Part shown: in pieces, positions 19,337-28,195 of the stretch
How the letters are laid out: the number at the start of each line of letters is the position of its first letter
Position numbering within the stretch: the stretch's first letter is position 1
From: a virus
Taxonomy: Duplodnaviria; Caudoviricetes
DNA length: 59,386 nt
IMG/VR virus record: IMGVR_UViG_3300011335_000447
Location: 1 to 59,386 of that record
Reading direction: 5' to 3' (one strand)
Notes under the pieces: model-generated
What the model saw: the letters and a program-made list of their open reading frames with translations, nothing else
Database searches by the model: none
Told to the model about the DNA's origin: nothing
Program-made: the position numbers and the translations under genes

Positions 19337-21606
19337 CCGATTTCATTACGACGGCAACCCGGCTCGTAGAGCGGGGGTACTCGGTTATACCCATCATGCC
19401 TGGGGAGAAGCGCCCCGGTGAGTTCAAAGGCAACCAGTGGATCGGCATGAACCAATGGCAGCGGTTCTGCGAAAAGTCCCCAACCAAGTTTCAGTTGGAC
19501 ATCTGGGCCAAATGGCCAGAGCCGTCGATCTGTTTGGCTTTGGGACGGGCCAGCAACGTCACCGCTATAGATTTTGACTACGGATCGCCAGAAGTCCGAG
19601 CCGCGTTGGAGGCGTGTCTGCCGCCGTCCCCGGTCAAAAAGATGGGTGCCAAGGGCTATACGGCCATGTACCGGGGCTTTGCCGTGCTGTCCAAAAAATA
19701 CCTGTTGGACGGCGTTTCTGTGATTGAGGTGCTGGCTCACGGCAAGCAGACGGTCCTACCACCAAGCATCCACCCCGAGGGTATGCAATACAAGTGGCTG
19801 ACGCCTGACACGTTAGAGGATTTTACAGCCTCCGAGTTGCCCGAGCTGCCACATGACATACACGATAGAATTGCAAAGGCCCTAGAGCCTTTTCTACCAA
19901 AGGTGGAACCACTCACATCAGGTGGGCCGAATGTGAGCAGACTCACATCAGGTGGGCCAAGTGTGAGCCAAGGCGACAATGATAGCTTTTGGCGAGCTAT
20001 CAATGATAACGCATTGTTAAACCTGGATAGTTGGGTTTTAAGGCTGATCCCAGATGCCAAACGCGGGGCTAATCGCGGGTATCGGGCCATAGCGCATTGG
20101 CGGGACGGAGATGATTTCAATATTGGCATTACTCCTGACGGCATAAGGGACTTTACCCGTGAACCGGGCGGCATGACCGCCATTGATCTGGTTATGGCTG
20201 TGACAGGGGCAACCGTTGATGGGGCCACAACATGGCTACAGGATGCCCTAGGGATGCACCAGGAGGCCGTCTTTGATGCCAAGGTATTTGAGCCGCCCCC
20301 GGCCAAGGTCGCGCCTGTAGCGCCTTGGAAGAAGGCCGAGCCAGTGGCCGCACCGTTTAAACGCAAGTCTGTCTCCATGGAGCCAAGGGGCGCGGTGGGT
20401 AAGCTGACCCAGTACATCAATGAAACCGCCATTCGTCCCCAGCCGATCTTGGCCTTGGCAGCGGCTTTGTGTGCCATTGGCACCCTGGCAGGGCGCAAGT
20501 ACCGCAGCCCATCCAATCTGCGTACCAATCTGTATGCCATCAGCCTTGCAGACTCGGGGGCCGGTAAGAACCATAGCCGCCAGATCATTGACCGGCTTTT
20601 CAGCGACTTCCTGGGGGCCGAGAAGAAGATCGGCGGGTCCAAGATTGCGTCAGGGTCGGGCTTGCTGAGTGCGCTGCACCGCAGCCCGTCCATCTTGTTC
20701 CAGATTGACGAGTTCGGGATGTTCTTGGGGGCCATGCTCGACAAGCGCGGCCCGAAGCATTTGATCGAAATTATGTCGCACATGACCGAGTTGTTCACCT
20801 CCAGCAATTTGACCTACCACGGCATTGAGTACGCCGATCAGCGTGACCGCCCCCGGCAGGAAATCGTCCAGCCGTGCTTGTCGGTTTACGGCACCACAGT
20901 CCCCAATCACTTCTGGAAAGCTCTGGAAAGCAGCAACGCGGTAGATGGATCGCTGGCCAGGTTCTTGGTCTTTGAATCCGAGGAGAATTACCCCGACGAT
21001 CAAAACGCACCAGAGAAAGACCCGCCAGCCGATTTGATTGATCTGCTGACCAGAATAAACGCCGGGATCGGCGGCATAGCGTCCATGTTGGATGGTAGCC
21101 ACACGCCTGAATTGATGCACGCTTCATACGACGATGCCGCTACCAAAATGATTAAAGACATGAAGCTCGACACGACCAAGAAACTGAGGGCTTTAGAAGG
21201 CACGCCGTTCACATCGTTTTGGGCGCGGCGTGATGAGTTGACCATCAAGGTTGCCATGATCCACGCCATCGGCGGTGATCCTGAGAACCCGATCATCAAC
21301 ACTTACGATGTAGAATTCGCCCGAGCCATTGTAGATAGGTCGATCAATCAGTTGGTCGATGGTGTCGAGCGTTATGTATCAGACAACGCGGCTGAAAACT
21401 TTAGCAAGCGCGTGATCGAGATCGTCCGCAAGGCCGGTGGGTCGATTGATAAGTCCAGGCTGTATAAACAGACGTTATTCTTGGGCCGTGACAGAGACAC
21501 GACACTCAAGGCGCTTTTAGGTTCTGAGGATTTGATTGAAGTCATCAAAGAAACAGGCGGCAGACCTAAGACGACCTACCGCCTGAAAGACGCCGCACCA
21601 TTTTAA
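19333..21606 (+). CDS. Bifunctional primase-polymerase fused to DUF3987-like helicase
   Basis: GYSVIPI.PG.KRP, AIDFD, QTVLPPSIHP; ADSGAGKN, IDEFG, DGSLARF. Confidence 0.85.
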   Translation: MTDFITTATRLVERGYSVIPIMPGEKRPGEFKGNQWIGMNQWQRFCEKSPTKFQLDIWAKWPEPSICLALGRASNVTAIDFDYGSPEVRAALEACLPPSPVKKMGAKGYTAMYRGFAVLSKKYLLDGVSVIEVLAHGKQTVLPPSIHPEGMQYKWLTPDTLEDFTASELPELPHDIHDRIAKALEPFLPKVEPLTSGGPNVSRLTSGGPSVSQGDNDSFWRAINDNALLNLDSWVLRLIPDAKRGANRGYRAIAHWRDGDDFNIGITPDGIRDFTREPGGMTAIDLVMAVTGATVDGATTWLQDALGMHQEAVFDAKVFEPPPAKVAPVAPWKKAEPVAAPFKRKSVSMEPRGAVGKLTQYINETAIRPQPILALAAALCAIGTLAGRKYRSPSNLRTNLYAISLADSGAGKNHSRQIIDRLFSDFLGAEKKIGGSKIASGSGLLSALHRSPSILFQIDEFGMFLGAMLDKRGPKHLIEIMSHMTELFTSSNLTYHGIEYADQRDRPRQEIVQPCLSVYGTTVPNHFWKALESSNAVDGSLARFLVFESEENYPDDQNAPEKDPPADLIDLLTRINAGIGGIASMLDGSHTPELMHASYDDAATKMIKDMKLDTTKKLRALEGTPFTSFWARRDELTIKVAMIHAIGGDPENPIINTYDVEFARAIVDRSINQLVDGVERYVSDNAAENFSKRVIEIVRKAGGSIDKSRLYKQTLFLGRDRDTTLKALLGSEDLIEVIKETGGRPKTTYRLKDAAPF

Positions 21607-21830
21607 TTTTTTGCGGCGTATTTCTGAATCATTTCAGTTTGTATTTCTGGGAAGCGTTTAAACACTTCCAACAGCCGCACAACACCGCCGTGCGGTTCAG
21701 TCGTGCCAGATAGATAACGGTAAATGGTCCGCAGGTCGCAGCCAAACACGGCAGCGCATTGCACGCGGGTTAAATCGGCGGTCTTACACCAAGCCGTAAA
21801 AATCTTTTGGTCAGTTGTTAATTTTTTCAT
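21603..21830 (-). CDS. HTH DNA-binding protein
   Basis: LTRVQCAAVFGCDLRTIYRYLSG. Confidence 0.7.
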   Translation of the reverse strand: MKKLTTDQKIFTAWCKTADLTRVQCAAVFGCDLRTIYRYLSGTTEPHGGVVRLLEVFKRFPEIQTEMIQKYAAKN

Positions 21831-22005
21831 CAGGCATTTCCATGTAAAGGTTTGCGTTCGGGCCGCACGCGCCGAGGGCATCTCGGCAGGTAGACGTAAT
21901 TGCTCTGTGTGCATCTTGGTGACCGCAGTAGCCCAGCTCGTACTTAGGCCAGACGGCGTTGGCGCAGTTGATGCAATATTTAATTCGTTGGTCTGTGGCG
22001 GTCAT
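21811..22005 (-). CDS. Small Cys-rich hypothetical protein
   Basis: CINC...C...C.R..CGP.A. Confidence 0.6.
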   Translation of the reverse strand: MTATDQRIKYCINCANAVWPKYELGYCGHQDAHRAITSTCRDALGACGPNANLYMEMPDEKINN

Positions 22006-22316
22006 TGATCGTGTTTCATTTCATTGTGGTATTCAGCAGCCGCATCGCGTTCATCTGCGATGCAGTCGGAGGCGTGCAACATCATTTCTTCGTACAGCCG
22101 TTCGTTTTCGGTCACTTGGTCCCATTGTTCTGGCGTTGCAGCGCGGTCATTAACCATTATGTTCAGCACATCAATTTCGGGGTATTCGGCAGGTTCGCCA
22201 GCGCAATCGTATGTCGAACCGCGTGCTGGTGCGCCGGGGGTCATGGTATACAGAATAGAAAGATGAAAGTCGTTTTCACCGTCAAACGAGTGTGTGGTTT
22301 CGTAGGTGTGTTTCAT
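22002..22316 (-). CDS. Hypothetical acidic early protein
   Basis: MKHTYETT start with SD gagga; EPAEYPEI motif. Confidence 0.6.
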   Translation of the reverse strand: MKHTYETTHSFDGENDFHLSILYTMTPGAPARGSTYDCAGEPAEYPEIDVLNIMVNDRAATPEQWDQVTENERLYEEMMLHASDCIADERDAAAEYHNEMKHDQ

Positions 22317-22317
22317 T

Positions 22318-22605
22318 TTAGAATCCTCGGATAAATTGTTGCACCATTTCGACGGCGCGGTGGTCGTAACCGCCCACGGAAAAGCCTGGTGCGCTTTTCC
22401 AGTCGTACACGGTGGCCGGTACGGTTTCGCCGGTCGTGGCATCGACGAATAAAAGCGACCACTCCATAGTCGTTTTGTCGGGCTGGATCGGTTTGAACGG
22501 GTTTCCAAATATGGCGACCAGATCGGAGGCATCAGCCATAATGCGGCCTTGAAAGTGCGAGCCGTTTAAACAGGCTGTAGTCGATAGGTTGATTACTTTT
22601 TTCAT
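22318..22605 (-). CDS. Hypothetical early protein
   Basis: LVAIFGNP, DKTTMEW, ATVYDWK, SVGG motifs common in phage early proteins. Confidence 0.7.
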   Translation of the reverse strand: MKKVINLSTTACLNGSHFQGRIMADASDLVAIFGNPFKPIQPDKTTMEWSLLFVDATTGETVPATVYDWKSAPGFSVGGYDHRAVEMVQQFIRGF

Positions 22606-22640
22606 GGGTTCCTCGTTTAGGTTGATAGTCAACGGTTCAA

Positions 22641-22669
22641 GGTTTAGTGGCGTTCTGTCGTCGTGTCAA
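22641..22669 (-). promoter_or_regulatory. Sigma70-like promoter
   Basis: TTGACA-17-TAAACC. Confidence 0.6.
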
Positions 22670-22673
22670 GTTG

Positions 22674-22754
22674 TCAAAATGCTATCAGTGCGGAGTACAA
22701 CAGCACGGCTAGACCCGCACCGGCCAGGATTGAATAAAACAGATCGCGGGTCAT
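22674..22754 (-). CDS. 26-aa single-TM peptide
   Basis: MTRDLFYSILAGAGLAVLLYSALIAF; ATGA overlap with upstream ORF. Confidence 0.5.
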   Translation of the reverse strand: MTRDLFYSILAGAGLAVLLYSALIAF

Positions 22755-22840
22755 AGCGCACCTGTTGCAACAGCGTAGGCCACCACGGCCAGCAGCAAGC
22801 CGAGCCGCAAGAATAATTGCGTGCGAAGGGCTGGGGTCAT
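22751..22840 (-). CDS. 29-aa single-TM peptide
   Basis: MTPALRTQLFLRLGLLLAVVAYAVATGAL; ATGA overlaps at both ends. Confidence 0.5.
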   Translation of the reverse strand: MTPALRTQLFLRLGLLLAVVAYAVATGAL

Positions 22841-23106
22841 TGGTCAAGCTCAATATGTTGAGTGTCTATTAAAACAAATTCAAGCGGCCCGTCTTGCCAA
22901 TTTGCGTAAGCGGTTTCGATAATCGTCAAAGTTGGCATATGGCACAGGTCGTAATTTCCGCAGCCCTTGTCATTCACAAAATGTGTTTGTGCCCAAGCTC
23001 TTGCGACATCTAAAGAGCTACAAATTTTTATAATATCGCGCAAACCTCCGGCTGGATAATATTTCGGGCAGAAAAAAACCGCGTAATCTTTACCATTTGT
23101 AATCAT
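22837..23106 (-). CDS. Hypothetical early protein
   Basis: YYPAGGLRD motif, coupled ORF. Confidence 0.65.
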   Translation of the reverse strand: MITNGKDYAVFFCPKYYPAGGLRDIIKICSSLDVARAWAQTHFVNDKGCGNYDLCHMPTLTIIETAYANWQDGPLEFVLIDTQHIELDQ

Positions 23107-23381
23107 GTCGATGCACCTGTAGCGCGTGCGATGGCGTCGTTCAGCGCGTCTTGAGCCCTGGTGCTGGGGTGGTTTGATGACTCGTAAGTCACGCTCTCGA
23201 TATAATTAAGCGCCAGCCGTGCGGCTTCGAGCAAATCAGGAGCTGCGGCCATGAGGGCCGCAATGTGTGCGCCTTGGGCGGGGTTATCGGGTGAACTGTG
23301 GACGATGGCGACCATGTGGCCGCGTTCGTTTCGGATGTCGTGGCCGCTGTGCATTGTGGCGCGGGTTGAGGTGTATGTCAT
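23103..23381 (-). CDS. Hypothetical early protein
   Basis: LMAAAPDLLEA...AIARATG motif; SD aagga. Confidence 0.7.
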   Translation of the reverse strand: MTYTSTRATMHSGHDIRNERGHMVAIVHSSPDNPAQGAHIAALMAAAPDLLEAARLALNYIESVTYESSNHPSTRAQDALNDAIARATGAST

Positions 23382-23415
23382 GTGTTCGGTTTCCTTGTTG
23401 GGGTGCGGGGTGCGT

Positions 23416-23631
23416 TTAAACGGCTTCGAGGATTTGTTTTTTTGTTGCGCGGAGCGGGGCGGAAATCTGGCCATCGTGTAACCAAGCGCGGTGGGCCTCG
23501 CTGTATATCCAGCGCGTCCACTCGCGGTAGAGCGTGCGGGTCGGGTCGCGGCCCCAGCCGCGTGAGGTTTCGCGGCCAACGGTCTGGCCTGGTACGTAGC
23601 GTGTTTGGCCGTTTGTGAATGTGGTTTTCAT
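23416..23631 (-). CDS. Hypothetical early protein
   Basis: SD agga then ATG. Confidence 0.55.
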   Translation of the reverse strand: MKTTFTNGQTRYVPGQTVGRETSRGWGRDPTRTLYREWTRWIYSEAHRAWLHDGQISAPLRATKKQILEAV

Positions 23632-23643
23632 GGTGTGGGGTTC

Positions 23644-23847
23644 CTAATAGACGGGGATGGACAGGGGGGCGGGGTTCGCAGCGTGGTAGGCATCGGCGGC
23701 AGCTTCGAGGGTGGCTTCGAGGGCATCGGCGGCATCGGCGGCGGCCTCGTAAGCTGGGCCGGGGGCGTTGGCTTGTAGGACGCGGATGGCGGCGTTGTGG
23801 GCGTTTCCCACGGCGGTAAACAGGTTGTGCAATTCGGTCTTGGTCAT
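23644..23847 (-). CDS. Ala-rich hypothetical early protein
   Basis: SD aagga then ATG. Confidence 0.6.
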   Translation of the reverse strand: MTKTELHNLFTAVGNAHNAAIRVLQANAPGPAYEAAADAADALEATLEAAADAYHAANPAPLSIPVY

Positions 23848-23940
23848 CGGTGCGGGGTTCCTTGGGTTGTTTTTACAGTGTCATAAAGTCATGTTTGAGG
23901 GCGGGTGTAAAGTGTGTATTACATTACATGACTGTCATGT

Positions 23941-24387
23941 TCAGAGGGGCAGGGGGATCGGGTCCAGCGGAAACGAGCCGGTATCAGTCACAAACTTAGT
24001 CGGGCGGCCGTTATAGCAAATCAGTCTTAGCAATCCGTTGGGGGCGTACTTGCGAATGAGCGGGGGCCAGTCCGAGCCGCCGCAATTAAACGCGAAACGT
24101 TCGCCGGATTCGGATGCTACAATTAAATTGTGAATGTTTGATTTTGGCACGGGGCTGAACGACTCCACCGTGAATTCGTGCTGGCCATTCGCTAGTCGCT
24201 GGGGCTTGGGCTTGGGCGGCTGGGGAACGCGGGAGGGCTTGGCAGGGGCATCGGGCTTGATGCGTAGCAGGTGCGCCCCATTGCGTTTCGTCAGGTAGGA
24301 TTCTAAAGCCAGTATGGTGACGGTTTCGGCTGATAGTCCGATATGACCAGCCAAGATATTAGCTAGGCGGTTTATCTCATTTTCCAT
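23941..24387 (-). CDS. Hypothetical protein
   Basis: SD gggag, promoter upstream. Confidence 0.6.
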   Translation of the reverse strand: MENEINRLANILAGHIGLSAETVTILALESYLTKRNGAHLLRIKPDAPAKPSRVPQPPKPKPQRLANGQHEFTVESFSPVPKSNIHNLIVASESGERFAFNCGGSDWPPLIRKYAPNGLLRLICYNGRPTKFVTDTGSFPLDPIPLPL

Positions 24388-24426
24388 ATTACACACTCCC
24401 TGAAAAGTAGATTGTAGAAGGGGGGG

Positions 24427-24455
24427 AGTGTAGCGCGTTTTTAAACGTGTTGCAA
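24427..24455 (-). promoter_or_regulatory. Sigma70-like promoter
   Basis: TTGCAA-17-TACACT. Confidence 0.6.
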
Positions 24456-24541
24456 ATTGGGATGAAACGGGGCTTATGCACTAGTTAATAAGGTTATGAC
24501 GTAATGACATGGTAGGGTCATGGAGCCCGTGTAAACAGCCC

Positions 24542-24595
24542 CTCTGTACTACTACTTACTTATTATTAGTTATTATATATAGTAGTAGTAGAGAG
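24542..24595. repeat. Inverted repeat (14/15) around an AT-rich loop; candidate origin
   Basis: ctctgtactactact ... agtagtagtagagag. Confidence 0.6.
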
Positions 24596-24785
24596 ACAGA
24601 CCCCTCGGTTTTCTAGACCCCAGGGGGGAGGGGTATTTTTGTGTACTGTGTTGGGGGTTGGCTATGTGTACACGATAAAAAGGTTAAAAAGGCCTTTTTT
24701 GTGTTATAAGCCATTGATAACGCACAATAGATATAGATTATTTTATGGAAGTATTAACTATCTATAACCCCCGGCCCGATATTGG

Positions 24786-25076
24786 CTAGGTTGGGGGCGT
24801 GTAAACGCCCTTGGCCCGGCACCCTCGGATGAACCAGCTTGCAGCGGCTTTGGAATCGCAGCGGCTGGATCGGGTGCCGGGAAAAAGGCGGGTCCAATGC
24901 GAAGGGTCTGGGTACACTGTACCAAGTAACCAGTTCAGGCTTGCCATCTCCCCGGCCCTGTAATGACCTACGTCGTCGCCTATGCGGATCACATAGCGGG
25001 GCTCGCGTCCCTGGAGGTAGAAGCCTAGGGGCTCGTAGGTGGGTCGGTAGACGCGGGGCAAAAGAGGTGCGGACAT
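24786..25076 (-). CDS. Hypothetical protein
   Basis: MSAPLLPR...HWTRLFP...AAASWFIRGCRAKGVY.P; SD aagga. Confidence 0.55.
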   Translation of the reverse strand: MSAPLLPRVYRPTYEPLGFYLQGREPRYVIRIGDDVGHYRAGEMASLNWLLGTVYPDPSHWTRLFPGTRSSRCDSKAAASWFIRGCRAKGVYTPPT

Positions 25077-25137
25077 AATCCTTGCCGGGAGTGCGTGCGC
25101 GAGGACCGGGATTATACACACGCCCATTTCCCACGCA

Positions 25138-25166
25138 ATAAAAAACCCCGGCTTGCTAGGCCGGGG
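25138..25166 (-). terminator. Intrinsic terminator
   Basis: ccccggc/gccgggg stem with T-tract on minus strand. Confidence 0.75.
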
Positions 25167-25185
25167 CTTTGGGGGGGGAGGGTGG

Positions 25186-25356
25186 CTAGGCGAAAGTATG
25201 CACAACGTCCGCAAGCATAACCGTAACTTCATAATTCTTTTTAGCCTTTAGCAGAGCGGCAGCTTTTTGTTGCGCGGCATAACTGCTTGTCGCATATAGA
25301 TCAAATCGTTTACCGCGATAGAATGCAATGTAGGGGCGTTCATTTGTTTCAGTCAT
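25186..25356 (-). CDS. 56-aa early protein (not in ORF track)
   Basis: MTETNERPYIAFYRGKRFDLYATSSYAAQQKA...; SD aagga. Confidence 0.7.
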   Translation of the reverse strand: MTETNERPYIAFYRGKRFDLYATSSYAAQQKAAALLKAKKNYEVTVMLADVVHTFA

Positions 25357-25405
25357 GGTTCATTCCTTCAAGGTGATGGGGCGGCACCATGCCGCCCCGT
25401 TAGCG

Positions 25406-25978
25406 TTAACCTACGTTGATAGAGCCGCCGCAATGGCAAACGGGCAACCCAGCATCCACATTTTTTTGCGCCGTGCGGCATGACCAGCCGCAATCATCGC
25501 ACACCAACTTAATCATGCGAGTACCCTGCTTTTTTGTGGGCCGTTGCGACAGGTCTAAAGCAGCGTGTTTAAACGCTGGAAGGCTTGGGAGAATGGCGGC
25601 AATCCACTCTGACAGTTCAACGCTAGGCGGGGTGGACGTCCATGGTGCCAATAGGCCAACGGCCTTGGCGACTTTAGCAAAACCCTTGCCATGGCCAGCA
25701 CCAAGGCCAGCGGCAACGTGCGCGACCTCGTGTACGATAGACACAATCGTCTGGGCCGGGTCGGCAACGCGGGGCGAGAAAAACATCTCATGTGTACCAT
25801 CGGCACTAGCAGCGGAAGGCCAGACTTGAGCAATGGCATTCTTTGAGTTCTTGCCACGCGTGCCGATAGGCTGGCCAATGCTTAGGCGGATCGGTGCTGC
25901 GATAGGGTAGCCAGCATCAGCAAATCGGACTTTCACGGCGGATAGTGCGGCATTCAGAAATTGTTCACGTGTTGACAT
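25406..25978 (-). CDS. SprT-like zinc metalloprotease with C-terminal Zn ribbon
   Basis: IVHEVAH...GHGKGF; KQGTRMIKLVCDDCG..PVCHCG; SD aaggag. Confidence 0.8.
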   Translation of the reverse strand: MSTREQFLNAALSAVKVRFADAGYPIAAPIRLSIGQPIGTRGKNSKNAIAQVWPSAASADGTHEMFFSPRVADPAQTIVSIVHEVAHVAAGLGAGHGKGFAKVAKAVGLLAPWTSTPPSVELSEWIAAILPSLPAFKHAALDLSQRPTKKQGTRMIKLVCDDCGWSCRTAQKNVDAGLPVCHCGGSINVG

Positions 25979-26210
25979 GGTACAAGGCTCCTTAGTTGTT
26001 TCTAACAATGTCAACATGACATGATGTTTACACGATGCAAGCACCAATGGCAACATGACAGCTTTTTAATGTTAGCAGAACAATACCTGAACAAATCGAA
26101 TGTCAGGGTGTCATGATGCATGGGTAGCGCACGCAATGAGGCGCTTGCATGGGCTTCTAATGCAATCCTAACCAATGCGTGCAATGTGCGATGCGCGTGC
26201 GCGTGATGCG

Positions 26211-26322
26211 TGTATAGCCGACTATGGATAGCTAGCAATGCATAGCAAGCTATGGATAGCAAGCTATGTATCCCTGACAATGGATAGCAAGCTATGTATA
26301 GCCGACTATGCATAGCAAGCTA
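26211..26322. repeat. Eight tandem 14-bp units, consensus TGNATAGCAAGCTA
   Basis: Period-14 array read directly. Confidence 0.9.
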
Positions 26323-26481
26323 TGGACCCCACGGAGGCACTTTGACGACGACGCGGCGGCTGCGAGTTTAAAGTTAACCCCCTCCGCCCCATGCCCCAAA
26401 ATTTTTTACAATTTTTATTTTCCGCTTGCGCCCTCCACACTTCGTATGCAATGTGTGTGTACTAACATCATAAGGACTGCC

Positions 26482-26880
26482 ATGACCTTTACCAAGTTTG
26501 AAAGCCAAATTATTAAAATGTTAAAAGTCCGCAAGGACATCTGGATTGACGATGCTGTTAGCCAAGACCCTGGCGCACCTACAATAAGGGGAATCAGGTT
26601 GAAGCGTGTAAAGGAGACGGAGGTACGCGGCCCTGATAGTTACCACCCGTTCACTTACACTGGCTGGTTGTATTACGGTCAATCGTTTGCGATTGAGACA
26701 GATTTCAGCAAAAGCAAAAACCCATTATCTAACGACCAATTAGATTGGATGGATAAGTTCGCCAGGGTTGCCGGTCAATACATTGAGGTCCGCATTTTGC
26801 AAGATGTTGAAGACGCGCTTGGCAAGGAAGAACCCCAGCCGTGGAGTGAGTACGAAATGCGTGTGACGAAGATTAAGTAG
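26482..26880 (+). CDS. VRR-NUC-like protein, catalytic motif degenerate
   Basis: FAIET...LSNDQLDWMDKF...GQYIEVR..QDV. Confidence 0.5.
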   Translation: MTFTKFESQIIKMLKVRKDIWIDDAVSQDPGAPTIRGIRLKRVKETEVRGPDSYHPFTYTGWLYYGQSFAIETDFSKSKNPLSNDQLDWMDKFARVAGQYIEVRILQDVEDALGKEEPQPWSEYEMRVTKIK

Positions 26881-26882
26881 TC

Positions 26883-27062
26883 ATGCGCCGCAAGATTAAG
26901 AAGACCATGGCCAACAACCCGCCAGAAGTGGCCGCGCTCAACAAAACGTTCAACGGCCCTCAGTTTAAGTTAGGCAGAAAACCCAAGCGCCGCGAATGGC
27001 CCGTTGACCCAGACCGGGACCGGAAGATTGCCGAGTTCCTGGCAAAGAAGGCAGAAAAATGA
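26883..27062 (+). CDS. 59-aa basic hypothetical protein
   Basis: ATGA overlap with next gene; KIAEFLAK. Confidence 0.55.
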   Translation: MRRKIKKTMANNPPEVAALNKTFNGPQFKLGRKPKRREWPVDPDRDRKIAEFLAKKAEK

Positions 27063-28195
27063 AATCTTGCACTCGCTGTCTGAACACCGAGACTGCCGAC
27101 ACCATCTCTTTCAACACGGCTGGTACTTGCAGCGTCTGCGTTCAAGTCGAGCATAAGTTGGATGTGGTTGATTGGGAGGAGCGTAAGATGGAATTACATT
27201 CCATCGTCACTCAAGCCCAACAGCGTGACGGCCAGTACGACTGCATCGTGCCGTTCTCTGGCGGCAAGGACTCGACCTACCAGCTTTGGTATGTGGTGAC
27301 GCAGTTGAAACTCCGGCCCTTAGTTGTGCGGTACAACCACTGGGGCAACCGCGCTGTGTTGGAGCGCAACAATGCTCGGACGTTTAAACGGCTTGGTGTT
27401 GAGGTAATTGACTTCAAGCCGAATTGGAAAGTTGTTCAGGCCACGATGTTGGAAGCACTTTCCCGCAAGGGTGACTCGTGCTGGCATTGTCACACGGGTG
27501 TCTACTCGTTTCCAATGCACATGGCGATTAAGTTCAACACGCCTTTAATTTTCTGGGGTGAGAGCCTGAAGGAGTACCAGTCCTGGCTTGACCCAACGGC
27601 TAAAGAGAATGTGGACGAGGTGCGGTTTAATCGTGCCATGAACCTTGGCATGACGGCTGATGATATGTGGGAGTTTCTTAAAGACGAGAACCCACACTTA
27701 GACCGGCGCGATTTGATTTGGCACACGTATCCCTCCAAGGCTGATTTGGATAAGCTGAATGTTCAAAGCATTTGCCTTGGTGACTATGTGAAGTGGGACA
27801 CCCGCAATCAAGTGGCCTTGATTAAAGAACACCTTGGCTGGGAGGGTGATGAGGTTGAGGGCATCCCACCTGAGTTTGATTACGAGAAGATCGAGTGTCA
27901 GTTCCAAGGCGTGCGCGATTGGCTTAAGTTCATCAAGCGCGGCTTTGGCAGAACCAACCATTTAGCCAACATTGAGATACGGCATGGGCGTATGGACCGC
28001 ATTGATGGGGCGCTATTGGCCGCACAATACGACGGTAAAGAGCCAGCCAGTCTTGGGTGGTTCCTTCAGACGGTTGGGATTACGCGAGATGAATTTTACA
28101 AGATTGCCTTGAACCATGTTGTTGATCCATGGGAATTTGACGCATCAGCCATTGTGGCTGGCTCAGAACTTCCAGACATGAAAGATTGGATATGA
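27059..28195 (+). CDS. N-acetyl sugar amidotransferase (WbuX/PseA/PtmG family)
   Basis: CTRC..CSVC, YDCIVPFSGGKDS PP-loop, FWGE, KFIKRGFGR, EIRHGRM.R. Confidence 0.9.
   Translation: MKSCTRCLNTETADTISFNTAGTCSVCVQVEHKLDVVDWEERKMELHSIVTQAQQRDGQYDCIVPFSGGKDSTYQLWYVVTQLKLRPLVVRYNHWGNRAVLERNNARTFKRLGVEVIDFKPNWKVVQATMLEALSRKGDSCWHCHTGVYSFPMHMAIKFNTPLIFWGESLKEYQSWLDPTAKENVDEVRFNRAMNLGMTADDMWEFLKDENPHLDRRDLIWHTYPSKADLDKLNVQSICLGDYVKWDTRNQVALIKEHLGWEGDEVEGIPPEFDYEKIECQFQGVRDWLKFIKRGFGRTNHLANIEIRHGRMDRIDGALLAAQYDGKEPASLGWFLQTVGITRDEFYKIALNHVVDPWEFDASAIVAGSELPDMKDWI

Noticed and set aside
19737-20807. 356-aa minus-strand ORF
   Set aside because: Antisense shadow of the Prim-Pol gene with no motifs
26211-26322. 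CRISPR array
   Set aside because: Contiguous 14-bp units with no unique spacers; no cas operon
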